From IMG/VR virus record IMGVR_UViG_3300048631_000217: a DNA stretch of 64,000 bases; one strand, written 5' to 3'. Numbering within the stretch: the stretch's first letter is position 1; each line of letters begins with the position of its first letter. Source of the stretch: a virus. Taxonomy: Duplodnaviria; Caudoviricetes. Shown piece after piece: positions 27,160-37,928 of this stretch. Under the pieces are notes generated by a model. The model searched no databases and was not told the origin of the DNA. It was given only the letters and a program-made list of their open reading frames with translations. A program made the translations under genes and the position numbers.

Positions 27160-28431
27160 TTAGATTAGGTTGCTGATCAGCGAACGGCGATAGTAGACGT
27201 TGCTGTTCGGGGTCAACGCACCAGCACCTTTTACTGCACCTTCGGCAAACGGGTTTGCGACCAGACCGTAACGGGTTTTGAAGCCAATTTTCGGCTGGAA
27301 AGTATTCTCACCCATTGCGCGTACGAATTGCAGCGGCACGTAAGGGCAGTAGAACAATCCGGCATCGAAAGAACTTGCGCCCTTATATCCGACAACCATG
27401 TATTCGCCACCGGCATACGGATCGACGTAGACTTTGTAACGGCCATTGATCGTACCGGCGAACGTGTTTCCGGTATCATCGACATTCAGGCTGTCTTTTA
27501 GTGCAGGAGTATAATCCAACACGCCAGCCATTGTCAGAGCCGAAGCCACGTTTGAAGAACATAGAATGATGTTACCGCGACCACGGCGAGTCTCTTTGGC
27601 GATCTGGTTAGCCTCACGCTCGATCTGGAACATCAGACCCTTGAACTTCTCAACTAGCCAACGCCCGTTTGCATCAACGTCCAAGTCGAATGTTCCGGCG
27701 ACGGCAACACCAGTCTGAGAACCAGCTTTAGCGGTATTGTAAACGGTACGAACCGCTTCACGGTTAATGTCGGCAAGAATTTCAGCCGTCAGGATGTTCG
27801 AAAGTTCTTTCTCGGCGTCCAGACCGTGAATGGCTTTCAAATCCTGTGCCATTTCTGTAGTGTATTCGGCTTTCAGGGCACGGCTACCGGCAGTCACTGA
27901 AACCTTTTCGATTTCGAACGCCATTTCAGGGAAGGCGTTGTTGGCGCTATCACCAAGGGCTTCGGCAGCGGCTGTGGTCATTGACGTACCAGTATTTGCC
28001 GTAGCGGCAGTACCAGTTGTTCCCGCTTGTGTCCCTGCACCGGAGAAGTCGGTTTGCGCTTCATTATAGAAGGCTTCCGTACCTGCCGGGCTTGTGTATT
28101 TCGAACGCATTGCGAAAACAAGTCCGGTCGGTCCTGTCATCGGCTGAACGCCCATAATATCATAACTGACAAGATTGGGCATCGAACGGCGCACTAGCGA
28201 CACAAGAACCGGGTCATAGTTCTGGACACCGCCAGCGGATACCGAGTTCGTCGGCGCGGCTTCGGCCAGTAGACCGTTTTGTGACGTGATATCGCCATTC
28301 TTGATAGCAACTTCCGTATTTTCCAGAAGCTGAGCCACAACACCCTTGCGGGTATGGTCGCCAATTTTCGGCAATTCACTGTGTTCTAATACAGCTTGCC
28401 ACTTTTTCTTTAGGTCTTCGATAGACATCAA
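27160..28431 (-). CDS. gp23: Major capsid protein
   Basis: GVQPMTGPTGLVFAMR, SRALKAEY, AQDLKAIHGLDAE, FQPKIGFKTRYG. Confidence 0.97.
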   Translation of the reverse strand: MMSIEDLKKKWQAVLEHSELPKIGDHTRKGVVAQLLENTEVAIKNGDITSQNGLLAEAAPTNSVSAGGVQNYDPVLVSLVRRSMPNLVSYDIMGVQPMTGPTGLVFAMRSKYTSPAGTEAFYNEAQTDFSGAGTQAGTTGTAATANTGTSMTTAAAEALGDSANNAFPEMAFEIEKVSVTAGSRALKAEYTTEMAQDLKAIHGLDAEKELSNILTAEILADINREAVRTVYNTAKAGSQTGVAVAGTFDLDVDANGRWLVEKFKGLMFQIEREANQIAKETRRGRGNIILCSSNVASALTMAGVLDYTPALKDSLNVDDTGNTFAGTINGRYKVYVDPYAGGEYMVVGYKGASSFDAGLFYCPYVPLQFVRAMGENTFQPKIGFKTRYGLVANPFAEGAVKGAGALTPNSNVYYRRSLISNLI

Positions 28432-28462
28432 AACTCTCCTGTATGGTGTTGTTTCTTATGGT

Positions 28463-28469
28463 TATTTAG
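28463..28469 (-). promoter_or_regulatory. Late (gp55) promoter, representative of NTAAATA motif
   Basis: (C/A/G)TAAATA upstream of late genes also at about 1495, 2379, 24971, 29443, 37272, 38801, 40340, 42809, 47306. Confidence 0.75.
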
Positions 28470-28475
28470 GTTATC

Positions 28476-29414
28476 TTATTTTCTAATTGATTTAGAAATT
28501 GCTTCGATGTATCCCGCCATTTCGGGGTCTACTTTCTTCACGTCTTCTTCTAATTCAACTTCCTCATAAAGATCGTTGCCGGGTTTTACGACAGATTTCG
28601 AACCAAAATAGTTTTCCTTGATAATCGAAATCTTGCGTTTGAAATCATCGGTATTCTTGTATTCAAGACCTTCAGTCAGGCTACGGAACTTTTCAATGCT
28701 CGTTTCGACCAGACCTTCCGAAACCTCTTCGAAAACGTCTTTGATTTCTGTTTCAAGTAGACGCTTGTTCAATTCGATTTGAGTATTTTCCGATTCATCA
28801 AGCTTTGCTTTCAGTTGCTCAATTTCTTCAGACATTTCCGCAATCGCGTCGATCTTGTCTTCTGGTACGTCGATATTATGTTCTGTGAACAGTTCTTTCA
28901 GCCCATTCAGGAAGCTTTCAGCCATTTCCGAACGGATACCCTGTTCAATAGCGACCGAGTTTTCTTCTAGCCAATTCTCGACAACCGCATCAAGATACGT
29001 ATCAAGTTTTTCGGTAATGTCTTTAAGAACAACGTCAGTCTCTTCGGCAAGACGTGTTTCGTATTCTTCTTCAAGACGACCATGTTCTTTCGAAATAGCT
29101 TCGTTAACCGCAGCTTCGAAAACGACAGTCACCTTGTCTTTGAATTCTTCGGAAAGATCCTGCCCGGCGAACATTTCGTCAACCGACTCTTTCACTGTAC
29201 CTTTGTCTGCCAATCTCTTAGGTGCCTTTTTGATTGTGGTATCCCCTTGCGGCGTCTTTACATCATCTTCGACTTCACCCGCATTCGGGTCTACGCTTTG
29301 ATGTTTATCTGCGGCGCGGTTCTTACCTTTCGCTGCACCACCAGCGGCAGGAACGGGATCATTAACCTCGTTTTCGCCGCGTGTGGCTTTTAGTTCGTCA
29401 AGTTGTTCCGACAT
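28476..29414 (-). CDS. gp22: Prohead core scaffold protein
   Basis: LSEEFKDKVTVVFEAAV, acidic coiled coil; synteny. Confidence 0.93.
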   Translation of the reverse strand: MSEQLDELKATRGENEVNDPVPAAGGAAKGKNRAADKHQSVDPNAGEVEDDVKTPQGDTTIKKAPKRLADKGTVKESVDEMFAGQDLSEEFKDKVTVVFEAAVNEAISKEHGRLEEEYETRLAEETDVVLKDITEKLDTYLDAVVENWLEENSVAIEQGIRSEMAESFLNGLKELFTEHNIDVPEDKIDAIAEMSEEIEQLKAKLDESENTQIELNKRLLETEIKDVFEEVSEGLVETSIEKFRSLTEGLEYKNTDDFKRKISIIKENYFGSKSVVKPGNDLYEEVELEEDVKKVDPEMAGYIEAISKSIRK

Positions 29415-29462
29415 TGAAAAACTCCTTTGTTGAATTCTGTTGTATTTATGTATTTGTGATTT

Positions 29463-30125
29463 TTACGTTAAAGTCTTTATGAATTTGTTGAATAGGCGGA
29501 TAGCGTTTTCTTCCAATTCCTTGCTATTCATGGTCTTGACTTCTTCCTCAATTTGACCAAGGGTCGTTTCCCTGATCCAGCTACCAGAAGCAACATCATA
29601 GACCCATTCGACACCTTCCATGATACCTCTCACGAAGGCTGAGGGTGCCGATGGATCAGCAACGATATCCCCGGCTGTCGCCAGTCTGAAATCGTTCTGT
29701 ACTTCCATGATACCTTGTCTATTCGCCTTCAAAGACCCCATACCTCTAGAAGAGATACCTAGGGTCGCTCCCTCATCCATAAGCGATTTGACGATCTTGC
29801 CCATAGGCGTATGATCCGTGACTTTAGCGCGACCAACAAAGTTTGAGCCGTCTTGCTTCAATTCGGTAATGATATGCGAAACCCGGTCAAGGTTGATTGT
29901 CGGACCTTGGGGATGCCCTAATTCTCCGAAGGCTCGTTTCTTGGTCACGTAATTCGCATTGTATCGGTCAACCTCTTCGGCTATGATACTGCTAGGGTAT
30001 ACGCGACCATTACGATTCTTAATGTCACCCTGCATGAAGATACCTTCGATGAAGTATTTCTTTTCACCGTCGATATCCTCTTTGAGATACTTAATCTCTT
30101 CCGTGACTTCGCAAATCAGTTTCAT
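29463..30125 (-). CDS. gp21: Prohead protease
   Basis: KNRNGRVY, GELGHP, ISSRGMGS, DIVADPSAP. Confidence 0.96.
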   Translation of the reverse strand: MKLICEVTEEIKYLKEDIDGEKKYFIEGIFMQGDIKNRNGRVYPSSIIAEEVDRYNANYVTKKRAFGELGHPQGPTINLDRVSHIITELKQDGSNFVGRAKVTDHTPMGKIVKSLMDEGATLGISSRGMGSLKANRQGIMEVQNDFRLATAGDIVADPSAPSAFVRGIMEGVEWVYDVASGSWIRETTLGQIEEEVKTMNSKELEENAIRLFNKFIKTLT

Positions 30126-30139
30126 GTTAGTTCCTTATC

Positions 30140-33100
30140 TTAGACTGGCGTTGCCGTTATTCTTGTAATGTCGTAATAGGCCCCGGCAGGAGCCGTTCCG
30201 CGCCATGTCGCGCCTACCGTGACTTCTTTTCCGTCAGGAATTACCACACCCGTAATCGTCAATGTTCCGGGACCACTCAAACGTGCTGTAGACACGCCTA
30301 GGTTATCGTAACCGACTCCGACTTGTCCGACACGCATATCAATCTGACCCGAGCCGTTCACTGCGGAAATCTCTAGTGAGAAATCATAGGTTGCCCCGGC
30401 AATTAGACTGCTTCCAATCGGTGTGTATACCGTTGCGAATGCTGTCCCGTTGGGTGTGCATCTGATAGACCCATCGGCAGATTGATATGCGTATGTTGCG
30501 CCTGAAGGATCGGCATAGATGACCGTTGGTTCGGTTGACAGGGTATTATCTACCGTAACCTTCGTTGGCATAGTCAACCAGTTGCTGTAAGTTATAGTAG
30601 ATGCGCCAAGACCGTCATCTACAGTGATTTTACAACGTACGTCTCTGGTATTTGTCGCATCCGACAACAAGGCAGGATCACGAAGCCAAGTCTGAGAAGT
30701 TGCCCCGACAATATCGCTTTCGACACCGGCATTGGTTCTTGTTTGCCATTGGTAAGTTTCGTTTAGAACCCCGTTCTGCCAAAGACCAATACCGGAAACC
30801 AGATTCTGTCTATCGTTCGGCATAGTCCCGGTTAATTCAACATAATCCCAAAACTTAGATTCTTCGGCCCAACGGTAACGATAGAGTTTCGGAATTTCCG
30901 TATTGACGGGTGCGCCCGCAGGTACGGTCCCCCCATCTACAATGTTTCTACGAACGCCTGTGATACCGTTCCATAACGGGAAGTTGACGGACCAAGGCGA
31001 ATACCCTAAACTGTTCTGTCTTCTTTCCTGAATCCATCTTGTTCCGGTGAATGCAATGCTGCCTGTGGTATTTGCTGCAACAGGTGTGGTGAATTGGACA
31101 CCATCATGCGACGTTCTGATTTCCCGCCCGGTCAACGGAATTGTTGATCCTGTGAATTCCGCTACCTTATCAGGAGATAGGGCGGTATAATCGTAATTCG
31201 CCCCGCTCGCAGTAGGAGTCAGGAAACCATTTGAAACAAGGTCAATGGATGTTTGCATAGGCGGCGCGTCTTGGATCGCAATAGCCCCACCACCTTCGGG
31301 CATGGTCGCACGATGCGCGTCCCAAAGGGTCAACACATAATCGTCGGCGTCGTTGCCCCCGGCTGTAAAAATAGGGGTTCTCGACACATTACGCATTTGG
31401 TCCATGACCATAATAGCAGAAAAACGGTTATTTGTATTTGTCCAAGACGCTCTAGGACCAAAGATCTTTTCCCAACCATTTCTGATAAGACCTAAGACCA
31501 TGATACCCGAAATACTCATACCATATGACACGTCGCGATATCTTGCGGTAGGTAACGAGTTTGTGGGGTATTTTGTCGTATCAGGATCAGATAGACCACG
31601 CGAGTCCCAATACCCATAACCCACATGTTCCGGCAACATGGGCTGTTGGTTATGTGCGTTATCTTGCCCCGGTCCCGCAACAGAGTTGAATGGCGCGGGT
31701 AGACCTATATCAATTGCATCAGCCCATCGGTATTGGTCGTTCAGGTTAGAACGCATGGCTTCGGCTAATGTTGAAAATGTCGTGTTATTCGGACATAGCG
31801 CCGAAACGACACTCACACAGAAATGGTCAGCAATAATCTGTCCAGCGCCGCCCCACATTCTTAAACCGCCTTGATAGGCCCCGTAAGCGTCTGTCGCTCT
31901 CATCATGAATCCTGCAAGAATTTCTTGTCGATCCGTCGCAGAAACGTTTGGGTCCATCATGTAAAGGGCGGCGGGGGCTAATAGCTTTCTGATAATGTCT
32001 CGCGCATAGTTCTCACTATAGCAGAGACCGCGACGGCGTTCCCCCTCGTTATAATGCGATAGCTGAGGCATACGCATATAAGTCTTACAAGTTGCCAGAG
32101 TGTTTGGCAAACCGGCAGGTAATGTAAAGGCTCTTACCCGACTGAAATCAGCTTCATTGATATTGATGACAGACGGTAGACTTCCGCCGCCTGACAACGG
32201 CGGGCGAATATCTCCAATATTGGCAGATTGATTCACCGCCGTAATAACGTAGATACCTTCAAGAATTTGCGTGGCATCACGTTTACCATTAGCTGTAGGA
32301 ATATTTGATGCCGGGGTTCTGACAACCTTGACTGCGGTTCCGGTAGCACCTAATGAGGCTAGGGTAACTGGCGTTCCTGTTCTGGAAGGCGCGATATTCA
32401 ATGCTGGATCATACGCGATAGAATAGGTATTTTTTGCAAGAACGGCATCGCTGATAAGTTGGTCAAGACCCTGTGTACCACCCGAAAGAGGAACGATAGC
32501 GGGAGACAATTCCATGCCATGCATGACCCATCCGTCCGCATCCGGGGCGGATGCGGGTGTGTCTCCTGATACGATAGCCGGGGCCGCATCTGTCAGAATA
32601 CCATATGAACCATCTGCCCATTGAAAAACCGGCATGTTACGATCCAAGGTGAAGGTAACTGCACCCGGTCCATAGTCGATAAGATTCGTTGAAGTCGCTG
32701 CAATGGTTCCGGTCGAACTCGTCGTCGCCGAAGCTGTATTCGACCAAGGACCGGCACCCGCTGCATTGACTGCACGAGTTTCAACATCTGCTTTAGTTTG
32801 GGCCGCAAGACCGGAGATATTATAAGGACTCACGACATTGATAACTTCGGTCCACGTCGCCTTGTTATCTGTCGAATATCGCAAATCCCTTGAAGTGATT
32901 GTGCTGTAATTGTCGGCAGGATCTGCGGCTAGAGTAACCTCAATTGTCGAAGCGTCCAGAACAGCGGCTGTAGGTGCCGCCATTTTGGCAGGAACGTCAA
33001 TTACCGTTACATCTGTTAATACACCAGTTCCGTCATCTACTTCATAAATGTTGGGCGAAAGATTGGCCACGGTAAAGGGTGGGGTTCCTGTAACCCGCAC

Positions 33101-33145
33101 CCATTCACCTACCGGGGATTTGACTCTGTAAAGGATTCTTGGCAT
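30140..33145 (-). CDS. Large appendage protein: FN3, helical putative catalytic core, Ig-like, CBM-like
   Basis: FN3 (DLRYSTD...ETRAVNAAGAGPWS); TYQWQ...DIVGATSQT Ig-like; beta-sandwich C-terminus; N-terminal ~140 aa paralogous to 33157-36288. Confidence 0.6.
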   Translation of the reverse strand: MPRILYRVKSPVGEWVRVTGTPPFTVANLSPNIYEVDDGTGVLTDVTVIDVPAKMAAPTAAVLDASTIEVTLAADPADNYSTITSRDLRYSTDNKATWTEVINVVSPYNISGLAAQTKADVETRAVNAAGAGPWSNTASATTSSTGTIAATSTNLIDYGPGAVTFTLDRNMPVFQWADGSYGILTDAAPAIVSGDTPASAPDADGWVMHGMELSPAIVPLSGGTQGLDQLISDAVLAKNTYSIAYDPALNIAPSRTGTPVTLASLGATGTAVKVVRTPASNIPTANGKRDATQILEGIYVITAVNQSANIGDIRPPLSGGGSLPSVININEADFSRVRAFTLPAGLPNTLATCKTYMRMPQLSHYNEGERRRGLCYSENYARDIIRKLLAPAALYMMDPNVSATDRQEILAGFMMRATDAYGAYQGGLRMWGGAGQIIADHFCVSVVSALCPNNTTFSTLAEAMRSNLNDQYRWADAIDIGLPAPFNSVAGPGQDNAHNQQPMLPEHVGYGYWDSRGLSDPDTTKYPTNSLPTARYRDVSYGMSISGIMVLGLIRNGWEKIFGPRASWTNTNNRFSAIMVMDQMRNVSRTPIFTAGGNDADDYVLTLWDAHRATMPEGGGAIAIQDAPPMQTSIDLVSNGFLTPTASGANYDYTALSPDKVAEFTGSTIPLTGREIRTSHDGVQFTTPVAANTTGSIAFTGTRWIQERRQNSLGYSPWSVNFPLWNGITGVRRNIVDGGTVPAGAPVNTEIPKLYRYRWAEESKFWDYVELTGTMPNDRQNLVSGIGLWQNGVLNETYQWQTRTNAGVESDIVGATSQTWLRDPALLSDATNTRDVRCKITVDDGLGASTITYSNWLTMPTKVTVDNTLSTEPTVIYADPSGATYAYQSADGSIRCTPNGTAFATVYTPIGSSLIAGATYDFSLEISAVNGSGQIDMRVGQVGVGYDNLGVSTARLSGPGTLTITGVVIPDGKEVTVGATWRGTAPAGAYYDITRITATPV

Positions 33146-33156
33146 AATTTAACCTC

Positions 33157-36100
33157 TTATGCTGGCCTTAAAGCCAATGTCATAGTTGCGTAAGTGTCGC
33201 TCGTGCTGTCTCCGGTTATCGTCAATGGTGCCGGATCATATGCGCCACTATTGTTCCATTTTACCGAACCCATTAACGCAGACACGTTATAGCTTCCGCC
33301 GTCGAATGTCTGATTACTGACATTACTTAGGTAAGGCGCTGTCAGGGCTGGCATGGCGGCATCATTATGAGAAGATGTTGCAATAACAACAATCATTGAA
33401 TCTGCGGTTACGGGTGTAATCGGATTCGGATCGGGTACGCGCGTACCTTGTACCGTTCTCGTAACTGCTGCAACGTCTATAGGATTGGCCAAATTAACAT
33501 TTTTGAAAACTTGGATTGTCACAACCGAAGCTTCTGCCGAAGAACCTGTAGACGAAACGCTTAATGTCGTGTCAGGTGTTGCCCCCATGAATTTCCACGC
33601 GGCTTTCATTGAGGTATCGTTTGTACCGTTCGAAAAGAGTTGCGAGAATTCTGTATATCCGGCGGTGTTATATGTAATCGTCCTATTCGTTACTGTACCT
33701 GCACCATAAGATACCAATACGAAATCATTTTCGACTAGGTTCAAAGGTGTTAGGTCGATATTATATCCGATGTTTGCTCCGCTTGTTGCCGTCAACTGAC
33801 CAGCATACGCAACACCTGTTACAGCGGTTGTCGTGAACGAAGCTGCACTGATGGCATTGGATGTTGCTGCCGATGCGTTTTCGTGAACGAAATGAGTATA
33901 ATAGACAGTGGACGGCGTTAGACCCGCCACCGTCCCGCTTACGGTCCCTGCTGCCGACACGGCAACGCTACCGCTGGCAGGAGCCGCGACACCTGTATTG
34001 TCTTGCCCCGCCTTGATTTGGGCGGCTGTGGGGGTTGTCGCCGAAGCTGTTACCACCCAATAAACGGAACCTGTCGTGCCTGTTGTGTCCACACTCCATG
34101 TCGAACCATTCGGGCCACTTGCGGCGTTTACAGGATTCGATAGGACCGGGGCACTGACCCACGGCGAAGTGAATGTGTATGGCGAAACAAAACTCTGGTG
34201 TGGTAGGGCACCGATGACCGGCGATGCGGTTGCCAGTGGCCCGCCAGCTTTCGGCGCATAGGCTGTCGTGCCGACCGTGGCCCCCTCACCCGTCGAAGGC
34301 GCGTCGAACGCCGCCGCATATGACGCGGAATCGACCGTCAGAATTTGGTTAGAAGATGTGGTAGCGGAAAGAGACGCGATATTGTTGGTAACGTTTCCAC
34401 GAATGATACACCCACTATCATTTGTAACAGAAATACGGCTTGTGCCAGATCTTAAAGGATGACCAAGCTTTTTTACACAAACGTTGTTCTGAATCGTGCA
34501 ATTCACGGCACGGTCGATAGTGATGCCATTGACCATCGTATGTTCGATGATATTACCTTCGACTAAGGCGTTTGTGATATTGACAGGCGAGACGATATCC
34601 GTCAAGAAAATACCTTGACCTTCGGCCATGTATTCGCTTCCGACACCTCTTGTTAAAACGTTTCCTCTAACGATGATATCGTCAACATCACCTGCCGCCG
34701 CACCACTAAAGCTTCCCTGAATGAAGTCAGGATGATCGGTCACGTAACGGGCAGTACCACCACTCGTATAAGGCGTGTAGCCTGTAGAGTTTACATCAAT
34801 GGTAACATCGTTTCCGGTAACTGCGGAAATGTTGAAAACACGTCCCGCCAATTCATCGGCCCCCGTCATACCCACTAACACAAAATCGTTGGTTACTGTA
34901 ATTCCGGTAGCATCTGTTACGGTTACTACGGTCGATGTACCATAGGTGATATTCGTAATCGTATAAGGGGTATAAGAGGCTTTCTTATCAGTAAAGCTGT
35001 TGCCGATGATCTTACCACGGGCAAATGGCGACGAAACCTTGATACAGTCTTCCCAAAGACGGACACCAGTATTACCTTGAATAACGCTATCGCGGCCCTT
35101 GATATTGATACCAAGAGACACGTCAGTCATTTCGTTATTCGTAATTATAATGTTGCCGTTCAATGTGCTATTGAAGTCGATAGCCGCTTTCAAATCGCCT
35201 CTATTGTAACGGGCAGGATTTTCGGTTCCGATGAACTTGTTATTCTCTACCCGAACATAGGAAGCCTGATTTCGTCCGATAAGGGCGGTTGTTTGTCCTG
35301 CACCTCTTACATCACAATTAAAGGTCAGTTTCTCGAATGAGAAATAGCAATCCTTGATTGTGATACCATCAATTCCGATATGACCAATAATGGCCTTGTA
35401 AGGATTTTCCGATTTGACGACACAATAATTGGAACCATTCCAAGTTCCGGTAAGCTGTGCGCCTCTTTTTATACGGAAATCTGCGTCAGTAGAGTTATAT
35501 TCACCGTCACGTAATTCGATGATGTCACCCATTGCACGAGTGCTTAACTCTGCGGCAATTTCCAATTGTGACGCATTGCTTACATGCGCGACATTAGCGG
35601 GCACGGATAGAGTGATCGTTGCCGAACCCTGATCCGCCGTTACATTGATTGTGGTAGAATCCTGCCCCGCCAGACTGCCGTCGGTTGTCGGGGTAATCAC
35701 ACCTGACGTAGACAGGGTGTATCCTGTTGCTGTGCCGCCGCCAGCATCCACAACATTCGTGGCCGGAATTCCATCACTGTTGACAATCTGATAACCACCG
35801 GCCCCACCAAGAGTAAGGGCACCGATACGGGCTGTCTGGTTCGGGAAGGTCGCGGCGGTATTCGTTGTGGCACTTGCCGAAGCCGACCAAGGACCGGGAC
35901 CAACGGCGTTGACCGCGCGAGTCTGGACATAGTATAGAGTTGCGGCTGTCAAAGACCCTAGAACATAAGGATCTGTGACACCAAGAACTTCTGTCCAAGT
36001 TGTCTGATCGGTCGAATAGCGAATATCTAGCGATGTAATAGGTGAATTATTATCATTTGGCGCAACCGCCAAATCTACTGTAAATTCGTTTGATTTTATT

Positions 36101-36288
36101 TGTACTAGGGTTGGTGCGGCCATTTGTGCCGGAACATCGGTCACGGTCGCATTTACAAGAACATCTGAACCATCGTCAACTTCATAGATATCGGCCACCA
36201 GACCTGTAATAGCAAACGGCACCGTTCCCGTGGCTCTTTGCCAAGGTCCGACCGGGCTTTTTACTCTGTAGAAAATACTACGCGCCAT
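33157..36288 (-). CDS. Large appendage protein: FN3 + right-handed beta-helix (depolymerase-like)
   Basis: FN3; GDIIELRDGEY then repeated I..NN/I.GN parallel beta-helix rungs; DHPDFIQ. Confidence 0.7.
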   Translation of the reverse strand: MARSIFYRVKSPVGPWQRATGTVPFAITGLVADIYEVDDGSDVLVNATVTDVPAQMAAPTLVQIKSNEFTVDLAVAPNDNNSPITSLDIRYSTDQTTWTEVLGVTDPYVLGSLTAATLYYVQTRAVNAVGPGPWSASASATTNTAATFPNQTARIGALTLGGAGGYQIVNSDGIPATNVVDAGGGTATGYTLSTSGVITPTTDGSLAGQDSTTINVTADQGSATITLSVPANVAHVSNASQLEIAAELSTRAMGDIIELRDGEYNSTDADFRIKRGAQLTGTWNGSNYCVVKSENPYKAIIGHIGIDGITIKDCYFSFEKLTFNCDVRGAGQTTALIGRNQASYVRVENNKFIGTENPARYNRGDLKAAIDFNSTLNGNIIITNNEMTDVSLGINIKGRDSVIQGNTGVRLWEDCIKVSSPFARGKIIGNSFTDKKASYTPYTITNITYGTSTVVTVTDATGITVTNDFVLVGMTGADELAGRVFNISAVTGNDVTIDVNSTGYTPYTSGGTARYVTDHPDFIQGSFSGAAAGDVDDIIVRGNVLTRGVGSEYMAEGQGIFLTDIVSPVNITNALVEGNIIEHTMVNGITIDRAVNCTIQNNVCVKKLGHPLRSGTSRISVTNDSGCIIRGNVTNNIASLSATTSSNQILTVDSASYAAAFDAPSTGEGATVGTTAYAPKAGGPLATASPVIGALPHQSFVSPYTFTSPWVSAPVLSNPVNAASGPNGSTWSVDTTGTTGSVYWVVTASATTPTAAQIKAGQDNTGVAAPASGSVAVSAAGTVSGTVAGLTPSTVYYTHFVHENASAATSNAISAASFTTTAVTGVAYAGQLTATSGANIGYNIDLTPLNLVENDFVLVSYGAGTVTNRTITYNTAGYTEFSQLFSNGTNDTSMKAAWKFMGATPDTTLSVSSTGSSAEASVVTIQVFKNVNLANPIDVAAVTRTVQGTRVPDPNPITPVTADSMIVVIATSSHNDAAMPALTAPYLSNVSNQTFDGGSYNVSALMGSVKWNNSGAYDPAPLTITGDSTSDTYATMTLALRPA

Positions 36289-36680
36289 TATGACACCTCA
36301 ATTGATTGTGCGGTTCCATTAACCGTAACCGGGGCAAGGCTCGCAAGACCGTTGACAATGATGCTTCGCGTTCCACCGACGATATTCGTCGTCGCGTCTG
36401 AAACGGTTAACGAGAAACCGCTAGATGTACTACCACTAAGGTTCTGATATGTGATGACAACGGATACCGAACTACGCAGAGTGCTTGTCGGAATACTGAT
36501 CGTCCCGTCATTGTTATTTATGACCCATGCAGGAGTAACCGACCATTGCCCACCGCCGATGTTCTGAAAGTCGCCCGAAACAGTTACAAGCTGATTACCG
36601 GTATTGTAGTTCAGAAGAACGTCTGGAAGGGCACCGTTCGATTTCGGCTTGAGTCTAAGCGTTGGGGGAGCGAAAAACAT
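36288..36680 (-). CDS. Small structural/adaptor protein
   Basis: Ser/Thr/Val-rich, beta-rich; repeated C-terminal V.G...SI.V. Confidence 0.55.
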   Translation of the reverse strand: MFFAPPTLRLKPKSNGALPDVLLNYNTGNQLVTVSGDFQNIGGGQWSVTPAWVINNNDGTISIPTSTLRSSVSVVITYQNLSGSTSSGFSLTVSDATTNIVGGTRSIIVNGLASLAPVTVNGTAQSIEVS

Positions 36681-37246
36681 TATTGAAGGGCTTTCACTGA
36701 AACTAGGGATTTACCGTTGTTACGGGTAATATAAACGAAGAATTCGTCTCCATTTGTCGTCGTCAACAAATCCCCATCGGTCTTGGTATACCCTGTCAGA
36801 GTCACCGCACCGGCTGTCGCATTATTGACAAGATGTAGACAGATGCTTGTGTCAGATGCGGGAACGGCTAGAGTGAATGCCCCACCATTGATGGCGGTTT
36901 GCATGTTTCCGTTTGCAGGGTCTAGCGTTAGGGTAGAATTTGCTGATGTTGTTCCGGCATTATAGCTGGTGTATTGGACATTGGGATTCGTTCTTAGAGG
37001 ATACGGATTGCTTGTATCCATCTTGATTTTACCTAGGTCACTTGTATCCGAAAACAATACGCCATCGGTTTTGGTAATCGTGGCAACAGTTTTCGCTTTA
37101 CCTGTGATGTAATTCCAGATATCCGAGAATAGGAAGTTTGCCGTAGAGCCTGCTGCACTCTGAGTAGTATCAGCTACGTTTACGCCTAAGACATAATCAT
37201 TATCCGCGATGTTAGGATCTGTTCCGAATGAATTCTGCTTTGCCAT
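36680..37246 (-). CDS. Fibre adaptor protein; C-terminal domain paralogous to tail fibre 50931-53582
   Basis: NGGAFTLAVP...NNATAGAVTLTGYTKTDGDLLTTTNGDEF vs NGGSFTLGAP...NNGTAGNVTFSGWNKVYGDTLSTVNGKEF. Confidence 0.65.
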   Translation of the reverse strand: MAKQNSFGTDPNIADNDYVLGVNVADTTQSAAGSTANFLFSDIWNYITGKAKTVATITKTDGVLFSDTSDLGKIKMDTSNPYPLRTNPNVQYTSYNAGTTSANSTLTLDPANGNMQTAINGGAFTLAVPASDTSICLHLVNNATAGAVTLTGYTKTDGDLLTTTNGDEFFVYITRNNGKSLVSVKALQ

Positions 37247-37274
37247 TTTTCTTGCTCCGATTAGATTGGTTTAT

Positions 37275-37625
37275 TTAGAGTTTTCTGATAATTACGCCTG
37301 CCATGTCTTCAATGGCTGTGTTAGCCATATCCTGAATGACAGTATCGTCAGCGACCACCGATTTACCAACCTGATTTGCGGTTCTGGCGACCACATGAAA
37401 ATTAAACGCGGGACATACAATTGGTGTATTCGCCTGTAATTGAGTTGAGTTGACGTTGATCGTCGTCACACCATCAACGTCGATAAGGATATCATCCCCC
37501 CATTCGGACAATGGACCGTAACCGTGAATGGTCAGGTTATCGCCTTCAAAGGCGACAGATGAACTTTCACCATTGACCTTGATACGGAATGTTCTTATGG
37601 GTTTCTTTTCGGATAGGCTTTCCAT
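37275..37625 (-). CDS. Small structural protein, paralogue of 37630-37926, ends in IQDMAN/IEDMAG motif
   Basis: VNG...GD.L...G.GP.SEWG...I..DGV.T.NV...CPAF shared with neighbour. Confidence 0.6.
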   Translation of the reverse strand: MESLSEKKPIRTFRIKVNGESSSVAFEGDNLTIHGYGPLSEWGDDILIDVDGVTTINVNSTQLQANTPIVCPAFNFHVVARTANQVGKSVVADDTVIQDMANTAIEDMAGVIIRKL

Positions 37626-37629
37626 TATC

Positions 37630-37926
37630 TTAACCCCTCTTCAATCTGTTGCTGATAACGGAATTGACACCTACACCGAACCTGCCTAATATATCCACGG
37701 TAAATGCCGGGCAACTTATGGTATTACCTGAACGCAATTCCAATGGTGTCACGTTAACCGTAGCAACACCATCAGCCTCTATCACAAGATTCGTGCCCCA
37801 TTCCGAAACAGGCCCGTCCCCCGTAAATGATAATACATCGCCGGGAATTGCGGTCGCGGAACGCTTGCCGTTGACTAGAATAACCGGCTTGGGGGTTGGG
37901 GTTCTATTGACGAATGGGGATTTCAT
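37630..37926 (-). CDS. Small structural protein (start MKSPFV), paralogue of 37275-37625
   Basis: Shared domain; ATG 37926 directly follows the stop of 37929-38204. Confidence 0.6.
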   Translation of the reverse strand: MKSPFVNRTPTPKPVILVNGKRSATAIPGDVLSFTGDGPVSEWGTNLVIEADGVATVNVTPLELRSGNTISCPAFTVDILGRFGVGVNSVISNRLKRG

Positions 37927-37928
37927 GA